Shown here piece by piece: positions 1-12,948 of a stretch of DNA of 64,000 bases (the stretch's first letter is position 1; each line of letters starts with the position of its first letter). Below the pieces are notes generated by a model. That model was not told where the DNA came from. It did no database searches and saw only the letters and a list, made by a program, of their open reading frames with translations. This DNA is from Sphyrna mokarran (Eukaryota), in contig JAGIQG010000040.1 of the NCBI GenBank assembly GCA_024679065.1, positions 8,804,001-8,868,000 on the forward strand, written 5' to 3'. The position numbers were made by a program, and so were the translations under genes.

Positions 1-69
1 ATTTATTTATATGCATTTCCATATGTGTCTGTTAATGTATGTAATATTGTGTATCTCTATGTCTATATA

Positions 70-1988
70 TAGGAGATGTTGGGGATCTAGAGAAGTATAA
101 GGCTTAAAGAAGAGAGCTTAAAAAGGAAATTAGGAGAGCCAGAAGGGGTCATGAGATGGCCTTGGCTGGTAGGATTAAGGAGAATCCCAAGGCCTTCTAC
201 AAATATGTGAAATGTAAAAGGATGAGAAGAGAAGGGATAGGACCTATAAAAGGTGAAGGGGGGAAAGTCTGTATGGAACCGGAAGAAATGGCAGAGGTGC
301 TTAATGAGTACTTTGCCTCAGTATTCACGGTGGAAAGTGATCTGGGAGAATGCACTACAAGTTTGCGGCAGAGTGAAAAGATTGAGTATGTAGATATTAA
401 GGAAGCGGATGTGTTAGAACTTTTAAATGCTATGGAGATAGACAAGTCTCCGGGACCAGATGGGATGTACCCCAGGTTATTGAGGGATGTCATTGCAGAG
501 CCCCTGGCGATGATCTTTGCGTCGTCGATGGAGACGGGAAAGGTTCCAGAGGATTGGAGGATTGCGGATGTGGTCCCTATTTTCAAGAAAGGGAACAGGG
601 ATAGTCCTGGAAATTACCAACCGGTGAGTCTGACCTCAGTGGTTGGTAAGCTGATGGAAAGGCTTCTGAGGGACAAGATTTACGAGCATTTGGAGAAGTT
701 TAGGTTGATTAGAAATAGTCAGCATGGTTTTGTAAAAGGCAGGTCGTGCCTTACGAGCTTAATTGAGTTCTTCGAAAATGTGAATGAACACATTGACGAA
801 GGAAGAGCAGTGGACGTGGTGTACATGGACTTCAGCAAGGCATTTGACAAGGTCCCACATGCAAGACTTCTTGAGAAGGTGAGAGGGCATGGGATCCAAG
901 GGGTTTTGGCCTTGTGGATCCAGAACTGGCTTGCCTGCAGAAGGCAGAGGGTGGTTGTGGATGGCTCTTTTTCTGCATGGAGGTCGGTCACCAGTGGAGT
1001 GTCCCAGGGATCTGTTCTAGGACCCTTGCTGTTTGTCATTTTCATAAATGACCTGGATGAGGAAGTGGAGGGATGGGTGAGTAAGTTCGCCGATGACACG
1101 AAGGTCGGTGGTGTTGTGGATGGTCTGGAGGGATGTCAAAAGTTGCAGCAGGACATCGACAGGATGCAAGAATGGGCGGAGAAGTGGCAGATGGACTTCA
1201 ACACGGATAAATGTGTTGTGGTCCATTTTGGCAGATCCAACGGGATGAATGAGTACACTATCAAAGGTAGGAGTCTTATCTGTGTGGAAGAGCAGAGGGA
1301 TCTTGAGGTCCGGGTCCATAAGACTCTCAAATCGGCCTCCCAGGTGGAGGATGTGGTTAAGAAAGCTTATGGTGTACTGCCCTTCATTCATTGAGGGATT
1401 GAGTTCAGGAGTCAGGAGGTAATGCTGCAGCTTTATAGGACCCTTGTCAGACCACACTTGGAGTACTGTGCACAGTTCTGGTCGCCTCACTATAGGAAGG
1501 ACATGGAAGCTATTGAAAGGGTGCAGAGGAGATTTACAAGGGTGTTGCCTGGATTGGGAGGCATGTCTTATGAAGACAGGTTGAGGGAGCTGGGACTGTT
1601 CTCCCTGGACAGACGAAGGTTGAGAGGCGACCTGATAGGGGTTTACAAGATGTTGAGAGGATTAGATAGGGTGGACTCTCAGAGACTATTTCCCAGGGCT
1701 GAAATGGTCGCGACGAGAGGGCACAGATTTAAGGTGCAGGGAAACTAGTACAGAGGGGATGCTAGAGGAAAGTTTTTCACTCAAAGGGTGGTGAGTGAAT
1801 GGAATCGGCTGCCATCGGTGGTGGTCGAGGCGAACTCGCTGGGGTCTTTTAAAAGACTTCTGGATGAGTATATGGGATCCAATGGGATCGGGGGTTATAG
1901 ATAGGTCTATGGCTGGGTAGGTTTTGATGTGTTTGGCACAACTTGTGGGCCGAAGGGCCTGTTTGTGCTGTAGTGTTCTATGTTCTAT
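70..1988 (+). mobile_element. CR1 LINE, 5'-truncated ORF2 (RT) and 3' UTR
   Basis: [32 protein letters not shown] and RPHLEY motifs. In-frame stops at about 1392 and 1746. (GTTCTAT)n tail. Confidence 0.97.
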
Positions 1989-2240
1989 ATACTTATTTGA
2001 GCATCTCTATGTGTTTGTCCATTTATGTGGGTCTGCATGCCTATGTATCTATCTGTTTTGTGTCTATGCATGTGTGTGTTTGTGTTTGGATCTGAATACC
2101 GACTCACGTAAGTATATGTACCTGTGTGCTTTATCTGTATATGTATGGGTATATTTGTGTATATTTGATTGTGAACGTTTGTTGTTGTTTTAGTGCCAGC
2201 TTGAACAAGCACGAGTCTATACATTCATATGCGTATGTGT

Positions 2241-2430
2241 NNNNNNNNNNNNNNNNNNNNNNNNNNNNNNNNNNNNNNNNNNNNNNNNNNNNNNNNNNNN
2301 NNNNNNNNNNNNNNNNNNNNNNNNNNNNNNNNNNNNNNNNNNNNNNNNNNNNNNNNNNNNNNNNNNNNNNNNNNNNNNNNNNNNNNNNNNNNNNNNNNNN
2401 NNNNNNNNNNNNNNNNNNNNNNNNNNNNNN
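2241..2430. other. Assembly gap (N run) in TG-rich low-complexity sequence
   Basis: 190 Ns. Confidence 1.
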
Positions 2431-3571
2431 CGCCTATAATGTGTATTTATAATTGTGGCAGTTTTCTGTAGTATTGTCAGTGGGTCTATTTTTGAATTGT
2501 TGCTTCAACTTTCACCGGCAATCATTAACTGAACGTGATCCAAACAATCCGAGTAATGGAGCATATTTTCAGAGTTTGCTGTTTAAATTTCTTTTATGTG
2601 AGTGACACTGTGATATCAGGAGAGCAAATGAATTAATTCATTGATGCATCTCAGAAACCTTAGTCGTTGGTCAGTGAAAACCCGGGAGGATTCAATTATG
2701 TTTAAATTTGTATTATGGGGAATCAATATCAGCACATCATTAACAGGAACAATAGTGTTGAAACATTTTTGAATTATGTTGCATAAGTATATATATATGT
2801 ATAAATGTATTGTATTATATACTTCAAGGGTACTTTAATAATGATAATGATACTTCAAAATTTGTAGCGAGTAAACCGGAAGGCAACTGTTGACAACTGA
2901 GTCCTTATTGCAGAGAGCCGTTCCCTTCCAAACACGCTACTTGAGATGGAGGAGAGTGAGGTCGTAGTTTCCCAATCCCTGTCCGGTGATGCAATGTCTC
3001 TGATGGTTCTAACCATTGAGGAGGTGGAGGTGCAGTAGAATAAATAATGGAATTTCTCCTCTTTTCGTTGAGGAAGTTGTGGTACATGGGTTCACTATTG
3101 CTTCTCCCCTCTCTTTGTTGGGTGAGTAGGAATCCAGTATGTTAACAATTTCACACTCACTCAATCAGATGGGGGGATTATTTCTCCATGTTTCTGTGTG
3201 ACACTCACTTCAGTTCCCAGTGGATGTTGTGCAGGAGCTTAAATCTGACTTCAGTGGATAAAGGCATGGACAATGAGAGAAGCAAGAACAACAAGATCTA
3301 AATATTGAGAATGTATGCCAGAAATTTGAAATTGTTGGATATTTCCTCAGGGAGGAAAGTCGGTAAAGACATTTTGGAGAAACGTAATAAATGTGGTCTA
3401 CTCTGTGTCTAAGACAGGGTGGATCTAAACTGGACGCGTTGGTTCAACAAGACTTTGATCAGAAGCCTGAAAACATGTTACTGAAACCAAAAAATATCTA
3501 TTGGAAGTAAAACTGAAGAAAAAAAAATCAATGAAGCAATTGGGTATTTCATTTATCGTTAAGGAAAAGAT

Positions 3572-3577
3572 TTTATT
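3572..3577 (-). terminator. Candidate polyadenylation signal of secretory mu mRNA
   Basis: AATAAA about 40 nt 3' of the stop. A second AATAAA overlaps the stop codon (3614-3619). Confidence 0.55.
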
Positions 3578-3614
3578 CTTTTTTACTGAAGTTTTTAATG
3601 TAACCGAATGATTT

Positions 3615-4006
3615 TTATTGACATGAATTAACGGTATCTATCAGTGCAAGGGAAATGTTCACAAAACTGGGTTTACCGCTGGATTTGTCGACTGTTCTGT
3701 TGATGATCTTCACGGGGATGGCTTCATGTCCCACCACACAGGAGTAGGAAGCGCCGCTGGACCATTCCTCTGCTGCAATGGATAACAGGCTGTACATGAA
3801 GAAGGAGTTATTGCCGTTCTCCGCCACCACCTCGGTGTTCCTGTAGTTCCCGGGATTCACCAGCTTGTCGTTGACGGTCCACTTGACAAAGATCTCTCGG
3901 GGGGAGAAATCTCTCACTAAGCAGCTGAGGGAGACGAATCTCTGAGCGGAGACTTCTTCTGCCGAGGGCAGGAGGACAGAAACGAACGGTTCCCGCGGAT
4001 TTGGAT
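3615..4006 (-). CDS. IGHM: IgM CH4 exon plus secretory tailpiece
   Basis: [38 protein letters not shown]...[43 protein letters not shown]. The tail has the N-x-S site and penultimate Cys. An internal G|GTAAAC donor at 3677/3676 would serve TM splicing. Confidence 0.97.
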
Positions 4007-4441
4007 CTGCGAAAAATGTACAATAAATGTCAATGAACTGGAGAATTCAGGAGATAATGAAAGCGCTAGTTAGATATCAGGAAAGTGTGCTTCACTTTCG
4101 ATTTTAAATGTTTCCATTTTTTTACTTCCAGCTTGGACGATAGGTGAACACAATTGTTTTTATTGCTATTGGACCCAACTACTTTGTTTTTCTTTAATTT
4201 TCCTTAATTAAATATGATCGTCCTTTTTTTAAAATCTAAACCCAATAACATCGCCTTCAGTTCACTTTTCATTCACCAAAAACATCACATTTCCGCGTAA
4301 ATATATCTACCGGCCCAGATTCTTTTAGTTAGTAGAGTTTCCACTCAGGGGAGACCATTAGTGCACTGAACAATAAATATTGACAACCATACTTACAAAT
4401 AGAGACAGTAACACATTTATTGTTTCAATCTCTCAGCTCAC

Positions 4442-4750
4442 CTGTTTCCTTGTGGACAGATGTTCTTAAAGGAGTCGGCAGATCCTGATGGCTCACCACG
4501 CACTCAAACACAACCGCGCTCAGCCAGGCTTGTGTCGAGGTGTTTAATTTGCTGATCACGCTGTCAGGTTCGGCTCCAGGCTTTTCGGCAATCTCCGATT
4601 TCAAATACTTCCCCTCTCGGATCCAGGACACGTTAACTCCATAAGGAGCATTGGAAATGATGCAGGTTAAGGTCACAGTAGCCTCCAGTAAGACCTGCTC
4701 TATTGGTGGTGGTTGTATCTTCACTGTGGCATCATGGCACTGGGAAGGAT
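4442..4750 (-). CDS. IGHM: IgM CH3 exon
   Basis: [30 protein letters not shown]...W...[22 protein letters not shown]. Acceptor tttacAG, donor G|GTGAGC. Confidence 0.95.
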
Positions 4751-5668
4751 CTGTAAATGAAAAATGAAAATCAACCCTAGATCCCTCTTCAGAACCAGGA
4801 CAGCAATCTTCAGCCTAAAGAAGATGAAGTCGCCTGCAATATATCAATCTCTAACTATCACCTTTCAATTTCAATGGATTATGAAAAACGAGCTTGCTCT
4901 ATGAAATTATTCAATTTATTAAAGTATTGTAGCAGCGGTATCATTTTCATGAATCAGCATTGCAGTATTCCCAAACAAATACACCATCCTGAACTCAGGG
5001 AAAAAGTACTGTCGTTAGTTTATAAATATGGTGGATGCACTTTCCAAAATTTTACCCCTAAGCTGTGAGCTGTGAAACAGTCTGATACCTACTATCTCTC
5101 CAAATCTTACCAGCTGTCTCAGGAAAAAGGTGACATCAAGGCCACCTCACTCACCATATTACTTCAAACCGAAAGGGAGCTCTCTTTCAAGGGGAGGCAA
5201 TGGCATATGGTATTCTCAATGACTTGTAGTCTAGGGCAGGACTCTGGGGGCACAGATTCAAATCTCATCATTGCAAATATGAAAGCTGAATTCTATAAAA
5301 AATCTATAATTAAAAGTTCAAATGATTATCATGAAGCTATTGCTGTAAAATCTCTCCAAGTTCACAAGTCCTCTTCAGCAAAGTAAATCTGCTGCCTTTA
5401 TCGAACCTGGCATGCATGTGTCTCCATATTCACAACAACGTGATTGACACTTAAGTACCCTGAGGTTTGGGAAATAAACGCACATCTCATGAAAGAATAA
5501 TGAACAATTGCTTTTCTGATGAAATTCTGAACGAGGCAGTGTCCTAATGCAGCAAACTACATGACAATAACTTAGACGTTGTACTATGGTTTTGTACCAA
5601 CTGTAATAGATCCCTAATTCCGATTAACATCGGAATGATATATTTTGTCCTCTATTTGAGTCTCTTAC

Positions 5669-5974
5669 CCACAGATCTACTGATGTTCTGACTCTGGATG
5701 AATCCTTGATGAGTGACCTGGCAGGTATAGACCGCATTGCTGAACCATTCCCGAGCGGAGACTGTCAGCCGACTGCTGGCCGAGAAATTCCTGTGCACCT
5801 GACAAGTGGGAGAGGTGACAATTCCTGAATCTATGGGTTGCCCATTCTTCAGCCACTTCACCGTCATTGACGCTGGCTGGAAATCAATGATTGAACAGAC
5901 GATGGTTGCAAATTTCCTGCTTGCGATTTCTTCATTGGAACTCACGGTGAGGATAATGGTTGGAGGGATGTCAC
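5669..5974 (-). CDS. IGHM: IgM CH2 exon
   Basis: [31 protein letters not shown]...W...[20 protein letters not shown], with phase-1 AG/GT boundaries. Confidence 0.95.
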
Positions 5975-6189
5975 CTTCAACAAACACATGTTTAGACGTT
6001 ACTTGAAGATTCAATTAACAACAAATCAAATTAGTTATTCTATTTCAGCACCAACACTGCCGATTTGGGAATTATATCTATGGTATCGTTGAACTAGTGG
6101 GGACATGGCGAATGGAATTAAACTGTCAAAAGTGTCACACAATGCATTTGCGGTGGGTAAACAAAGCAAGGAAATATTTAATAAAACAG

Positions 6190-6790
6190 AAGGTTGAGAG
6201 AGATTGAGGAAATGCAAGACCTTGTAGCGCATGTCCACAGTTGCTTGTAGATGGTAGAGCAACTGGACAAGGTGATCAAGAAACATTTCGGAATAATTTC
6301 GCCTATGTGTGAGGTATTGAACACAAAATCAGTGATGCAATGATGGAGCTGTATAGAACACTAGTTAAGCCATGTTTGGAGTTTGCTGCACAATTCTGGC
6401 CACCACAGGAATGACGTAATGACTCCGGAGAGAGATGAGGTTTAAGAAAATGTTGCCATGGGCTGAAAATTGTAGCCATGAGGCGAGATTGGATAGGCAG
6501 AGGTTGTTTTTATTAGAAAAAGAGGAGGCTGAGGCGTGGCATAATTTTGTGAACCATAATTACAAGGGACGTGGGTAGAAGTGATTTATTCGCCAAGTGC
6601 AGGGTTTAATTATTGGGGAGCATGCTCATTTCAAAGATATCTGGATCTGCATCTCAAATGCACCTGCAAGGATATGAAACAAGGATTAGAAAGTGGGCTT
6701 AAGATGCATGGCTAATTAATTTGTTCTCCCTTCTCGCCAGCATAGATATAATGGGCTAAATGGTCTCTATCTGCACCACAACATTTCAAT
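6190..6790 (+). mobile_element. Old degraded CR1 3' fragment in the CH1-CH2 intron
   Basis: Decayed LYRTLVRPxLE..QFW..RF..MLP coding remnants and GGGCTAAATGGTCT tail. Confidence 0.75.
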
Positions 6791-6942
6791 GGTTCTCTAA
6801 TGTTGAGCGACTTTTCAGTCAGTAGACATTTACTTGGATTTTGCACAGTTTTTTTTTCAGAATGCTACGAATCAGTTATAGCTAAGACCATATACAGTCC
6901 CACCACAGCGCCCCTCTCTTACCAAAGTTTCACAACACTTAC

Positions 6943-7242
6943 ATGGCATTTCAACGCTCTTGACTGAGTCACGGTGTCTAACCTCACAGTCAATTTTGGG
7001 GCATTCTCCCTCTGAGTCGCTGATGGTTAACTGGCTACTCAGGGTATAGGTTCCCTTCGTGTTCCTCACTGATGGGTAAGTCTTAAACCCAGTGTTGATC
7101 TGCTGCCCATCTTTCTTCCAGATCAGTTTGGAGACATCTGGAGAGTAATCCATCGCCAAACACCCGTAGGTGACGGAGCCGTCGGAGTTCTGTTGCTGAC
7201 AGGAGGAGACCAGGCCGTAGAGAATGGGCGGAGATGGTGTCA
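6943..7242 (-). CDS. IGHM: IgM CH1 exon
   Basis: Acceptor tttcccAG, donor T|[42 protein letters not shown]...W...[15 protein letters not shown](C) resembles shark Cmu1. Confidence 0.95.
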
Positions 7243-7744
7243 CTGGGAAAGAATAGGCGATTGAACAAGTTAGACTCTTGTTTCTGTTTATTAAGTCATT
7301 AAACATGTTGCCTCAAATATGTTTCTATGTTAGATGTAGCTCTTGATGTTAAAGGGATCAAGGGATATTGGTAGTAGGTGTGATCAAAGTGAATGGAGAA
7401 GCAGTCTCAAAGGGCCAAATGATCTACTCCTACTTTTCTTCGATGCTTCTATCTCAAACATTTTCTAGAATTATAAACTTACCCTATTATTTGCCGATTA
7501 AAACCTACATCCACCTTTGAGATAACGTTACTTCTATCATTTGAGAATTGTCATCTCTGTAGAAACTCAAATCCCTGTCTCCACCTCTATCAGATTAAAA
7601 AAAAATTCTGGTTTCCTCAAAATGACTTATCATTCATTGGATTAACAGAGAAGAGCAAACATTTTCTTCATCGTTGCTACCACTATTTCTTTCTCAAACA
7701 ACAGCACCTTGTGATGAAGAAGTTCTCTCTTCATTCATATCATC

Positions 7745-7862
7745 CACTCAACTGATGAAGGAGTTCCAAAACTCACAACTCCAAATAAACCTGTTGGACA
7801 TTAACCTGGTGTTGTGAGGATATTTACTATGTCCACACCAAACTAACGCCGGCATCTCCACA
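7745..7862 (+). mobile_element. Penelope-like element terminal repeat fragment
   Basis: CTGATGAAGGAG..CCAAATAAACCTGTTGGAC..AACCTGGTGTTGTGAG..ACGCCGGCATCTCCA, the same family as 21057, 24585, 33325 and 43430. Confidence 0.75.
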
Positions 7863-8144
7863 CTAGTTTTGGAAATTGCCTGTGTTCAAACTGATAGATG
7901 CCCCTTTCTCTCTCCAACTCACTGTCTCTCACTCCACAAAATGGAGATTAGTGACTTTGCTTCAAAAATACCTTCGGAATGAATACTTACTGAATGATCA
8001 GAAAACTCTAAATGTGATTACAAATTCAAATAAATACGACATTGACTAATTGAAGGATCATACATTAATAACAAGAGTTGGCCATTCGGGCCCTGAAGTC
8101 TCCTCCATCATTCATTGAGATTACACATGAGCTGATCGTGCTGT

Positions 8145-9250
8145 TCACTCTATTTTGACCTCCTCAGTCAGCCTGTCGATCACCCACTCTCTGCCCATTT
8201 CCCCCGGCTGTTTGCCCTTTCCCCTGGCTTTCTGACTTCCCACCTCTCCATATCTCTGGACAGTGCTCTTTTCCCCTTTCATCCGATTCTCTGTATTTCC
8301 ACCTGGCTCTCTAAAATTCCCTCCAGCTCTATGTCCTCTCCTATCTCCTGCCTCCCTGCCCTTTTTCCTGGCACTCTTACCTTTTCTCACTTTCTCTGTC
8401 CTTTCCCACGGCTCTCTGATCTTTGTCCTGGCTCCTTGCACTTTTTCCTGGCTTTCTGCCCTGTTCTCCGGCAGAGTGTCGTTTCCCCCTACTCGCTGCC
8501 CTTTCCCTCGGCTGTGAACCCTTTCCCCCCTGACTCTCTACCCTCCCCCACCCCTCTGTTCTCCCTTGGCTCTTTGCCATTGTCCCCTCCCCGAGCCCCC
8601 AGCAATTCCTTCCAGCTCTCTGCACTCCCAGAGCAGCTTCCACATTTAAACACCAAACGGCTACTTGAGATCTTTTCTCTCTTTCATTGCAGGCCACCAC
8701 CCCCCCTCCTGCCCCCACACAGATTCAGTGAGTGTGAGTGAGAGAATGTGAGTGCATGGTGGTGAGTGATTGAATGAGTGACAATGAGAAGGAGTGGAGC
8801 GGTGATTCAGTGAAGACAGCTCATAGATAAAAGGGATTTTTACTTAGCCTTTTCTCGGAATTTTATTCTCTGAGCCGGGAGTGTAAAACCGGAAGTAGGC
8901 TCCAGTAAGAACTGGGAATTTTATTTTTTCTTTTAACCTTAGAGCGTTCAATAATCTCATTGTTTCCAGAGGAGCAGTTGGAGTGGGGAGGGGAGGGGGT
9001 GTGGGTGAGTGAGTGAGCGAGAGAGAGAGAGAGTAGATGAATTGTGTGGGTGGATGAGTGAGTAGTGGTGGGTGGGTGGGTGAGTGCGGGTGGGGGAGTA
9101 AGTGAGTGAGTGAGTAGAGGTGGGTGTGGATGTGGGGGTGGGTGAATGAGTGAGAGAGTGAGGGTGGGTGGGTGATTGAGTGAGTGAAATTAAGTGGGTG
9201 TGTGAGTGAGTGGGGGTGGGTGGGTAGTTGCGGAGTGAGTGTCAGTGGAC
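8145..9250. repeat. Strand-asymmetric low-complexity tracts in the J-C intron (C/T-rich 8145-8720, G/T-rich GAGT/GGGT 8980-9245)
   Basis: Base composition read directly. Confidence 0.85.
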
Positions 9251-9834
9251 CACCTCTTCCTCCTCCTCTGCATCGATCTTTTTCCGATTCTCTACTTTGA
9301 TCAGCTTTCAGCAAAAGGGCTGTGTAAAGTCAGGGATCAGTGTAGATCACCGGGCAGCTGTTTTAATGTCGGTGCCTTTCTTTAAGAAACAGTGAACAAA
9401 TAGACAGACTGAGGGAGCTGGAAGGGAAGCTTACAGTAAAACTAGGGTCACACAGGAATCAAACACCAAGTTTACACCAGTATTGGGAGCCAGACGGACT
9501 TAGTCTCAGGCAAGTTCCTTCTTGTTTATTGTGTTTATACGTCCGGTGTAACACATGGAAATCTCCACTTCTGACCTCAAGTTGGATAAAATGACTCATT
9601 GATGAAGCAATAGAAGATTGTTGGTCCCAGAACAATTGGTCCTGCCGAGCTCCTGCAGTGATATCTCAACTTAGATGTTTGACTTCCAACAACCAATACC
9701 ATCTTGCTTTGCGTTAAATATGAATCCAAACACAGAAGAATTTCCCGGTGAAAATTATTCACTTGAGTTTTACTCGAACTCGTCATTCGGACTCTCATTC
9801 AAATTCAAATGGCGGTGATTGGGGGGGAGATCAT

Positions 9835-10145
9835 GGGCACGGTGTCACAGTGATTAGCTCTACTGCCTCACAGTTCAATTCCCATATGGGTTATCATGTG
9901 CGGAGTTAGTAAGTTCACCTCGTATCTCCTTGGTTTCTGTCGGGTGCTCCTCTTACCTCCCACAGTCCAAAGATGTGCGGGTTCGATGGACTGGTCATGC
10001 TACATTGCCCCTTAGTTTGAGGGGCACTAGTTAGAGTCAATACATGTGGTTGTGGGGATAGGGCTTTGTCGGGATCGCTGTTGATGCAGACTCAATGGGC
10101 TAAATGGCCTCCTTCTGCACTATCGGATCCTCTAATTCTATCCTA
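9835..10145 (+). mobile_element. V-SINE (HE1-type)
   Basis: Degenerate tRNA-like head, V-domain GGAGTT..CGGGTGCTCC..CCTCCCACAGTCCAAAGATGTGC, and CR1-like tail GGGCTAAATGGCCTCCTTCTGCACT. Confidence 0.85.
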
Positions 10146-10184
10146 TGATGTTAAGGACAGCCACTCTGACGTACGTGAGATGGA

Positions 10185-11092
10185 AAGTGTGTGAGATCGC
10201 ATTTATGTGTGTTTGTGTGCGCGCGAGAGACAGAGAGGGTGAATGTGTGTGTGGGTGTGCCTGTGTGGGTAGTTTGTGTTTGTACATGTGTGAGACAATG
10301 GGCTGAGTTTGCAAGAGGGGACAGTGTGTCTATTAGAAAGCAAAATAATGTGTTCGTGAGTGAGTGGAAGTGTGCATGGGATTATGTGTGAGTGTAAAAG
10401 ATATGGGCAATGTGTGTAGGTGATAGAAGTAATATGTGTGTGTGCGTGTGTGTCAGAGAGTTTTCGTGGTTGAGTGTGAGAGAGGCGCTGTGAATGAGAC
10501 AGTGTCAGACACATGAGTACTTTTGCAAGTGTGTGAGTCACTGATCTGTGTCTACAAGAGGAGAGAGTGTGCATGAGAGACAGGATATGTGAGATAGAGA
10601 ATGTATGTGTATGTGTGTGAGAAAGAGTGTTTGAAGAGTTATTGTTGATGTGTGCGCGTGTGTGTCTCTTCTTCAAATTGTTTCTGTGCGTGTGTGTGTG
10701 TGGGGGGGGTGGGGGTGGCGGGGAGAGAGTGTGCGAGTGAGAAAAAGTGTGAAAATTAGACAGTGACTGCGTGAGTATGTGTGAATATTAATTGTTGAGA
10801 GAACATGAGTCTGTGATAGGTGGAGTCCTTAAGAGTGTTTACATGTGTATTCGTGTGTAAGAGATGGAGAGACTGTGTGCGTGTAAGAGCAGGGTGTTCG
10901 TGAGAAAGCGTAATTGAGAGCAAGGTCGTGCATGTGTGAGGCAATGTGTGAGCGAGTGAGCGTGTGAAAGAGAGAGAAATATGTGCCTGTATGAGTGAAT
11001 CCGCCTGCAAGTATGAGAGAGAGCATGTGAATGAGCGGGAGACAGGAAGAATACAGATGAGAAATTGTGAGATGGATAGTGCGTGTGTGTGC

Positions 11093-11124
<32 letters not shown>

Positions 11125-11670
11125 AAGTATGTGTGCGCAAGTTTGTGCCTATGTGAGAGACTGTGTATGTAATAGTGTGTTAGAGTGTGTGTATGGATGT
11201 ATGTTTCTGAGAAAGTGTGAGAGAGCTAGTGTATGAGAGCAAGAATGTACACGTGCAAGATAGTGTGTGCAAGAGAGATAGAAGTAAATGCGTGAGAGAG
11301 AGAGGGAGATGCTGTTCAAGAGGAATTGTGAGTGTATATGAATAATTGAGACATCTTGAGTGCGTGTGAGACAGAGCGTGTGCAAAACCGTGAGGCTGTG
11401 CTTATGTGAGTGTATATGTCTGTGTGTAAGAGAGAATATGTGTGGGACTGTGTGCGTACGAGTGCTTTTGTGTATGAGGGTATGAGAGGCTAATTGAGAG
11501 AGCGAGAGTGTGTATGTATTTACATTTGAGGGAGTGTATGTAGACGACGAGAGAAAGAGAATGGTATGAGAGTTATCGTATAAGAGAGAAAGTAAGTGTG
11601 TACATGTGTGAGAGGATATGAGTGTATATATGAGTGTATTTATGTGTGTGAGAGTGTGTGATGTGTGTAA
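10185..11670. repeat. Degenerate (TG)n/(GA)n microsatellite field
   Basis: About 1.5 kb of mixed TG/GA dinucleotides, which explains the spurious H/T/V/C-rich ORFs. Confidence 0.95.
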
Positions 11671-11899
11671 GTCTCTATCTGGCTGATTCAGTCTGGAAAA
11701 GCACACTCACTCCACACATACCCACTCACACAGTAAGTGGGAGTGAGAAGTAGCTAAATATGGACTCCGGGACAAGGGTTGGAAAAAAAAACATTTAAAT
11801 CTTTCACAAGTCAGTCACAACTGAATGATTTCCTCTTTCCTCAATGAGCGAAACCTGTAAAATCTCACGAAATTTGACACAATCCAGGGCAAAACCACC

Positions 11900-12300
11900 C
11901 ACAAGATTATTCGCCCTCTCATTCACCCTCCTCAACAAATCCATCACTAACAAGCAGTGTCAGCAGTGTATATCATATACAACATGCACTGCAACAACTC
12001 ACCAAGGCTCCATAGAATACACTGTCCAAACCCGCTGACTTTACATCCTAACAGGGCAAGGACAGCAGCTACATATAAACATTATCACCTGCAAGCTCCC
12101 CTCCAAATCACACACCATGCTGACTTGAAGCAATATCTCAGTTCATTCATAATCGCTGGGTCAAAATCCTGGAACTTCCTCCTTAATATCAGGGTGGATG
12201 CCTGCAGCATTTGGACTGCAGTCATTCAAGGATGTTTCATATCAACACTTTCTGAAGGAACAATTAGGGAAGATTAAAAGTTCTGGCCAAGCAAATGACT
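11900..12300 (+). mobile_element. Old LINE 3' end (same family at 30430-31110 + and 58050-59580 -)
   Basis: Shared CACCTGCAAG..CCCTCCAA..GCTGGGTCAAAATCCTGGAACT..GGACTGCAG..TTCAAG..GCAATTAGGGA motifs. Confidence 0.65.
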
Positions 12301-12948
12301 CGAAAATGTCTTTAGAAGATTAAAAATAAGCTGCAAATAAATTTGACCCTTTAATTGTCATACTAAACAGATCAGGGACTGCTGTAGTGCGGAACACAAT
12401 ATACTAAGTCTCACTTTACATTTGATCATCGAACATTCTGAAGACCGATTCATCACTGCTTAAAAATCATCCAATTCTCCCCCTACAGGCTGAAGTTTCT
12501 GCTCCCTCTGATGGTCACAATATGCTTTAGGGATTTCATTTCTGAGACGCTGAGTCAAACATCAAATCAAACTATCACATTTTTCACAGATACAAGTTTC
12601 TTAAAGGCATAAATCAAATTTCATTCCCGAAATACAGCAGAAGGAACCAGAAGATTTAAAAACAGTCAGGCAGATTCCTGGCCCCAAAATAGTGGCCACA
12701 CGCATGGAAACAGAACAGGCACAAACGGTGCAAATGCTGATTGCCCCGTAGATCAAAGTATTCAATCTATCAAAATCATTTAAACGTTGGATTCTAATTT
12801 ATCAACAGCCAACTTACAACAACAGAAGATCAATCACCTATTTTAAGTTAACCTGATATGCAATTCAATTTCTGTGTCTGACTTCTCGAAGACAATGTAA
12901 AAATGTAATTTCGCTGAAAATGAGCAAACAAAAATAACAGATTCAGGA

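Noticed and set aside
156-1394. Stand-alone or domesticated reverse transcriptase gene
   Set aside because: It is a 5'-truncated CR1 ORF2 with in-frame stops and a typical tail, and many paralogs are present in the window.
1-3600. IgM transmembrane exons
   Set aside because: No WTTASTF/CART-like TM frame was found on the minus strand, and the 2905-3087 ORF has no TM segment. The exons are probably outside the window or in the gap.
6919-6925. Alternative CH1 donor adding KCCETL
   Set aside because: It is phase 0 and incompatible with the phase-1 CH2 acceptor.
8145-11706. Multiple 60-185 aa ORFs
   Set aside because: These are translations of low-complexity TG/GA/CT DNA.
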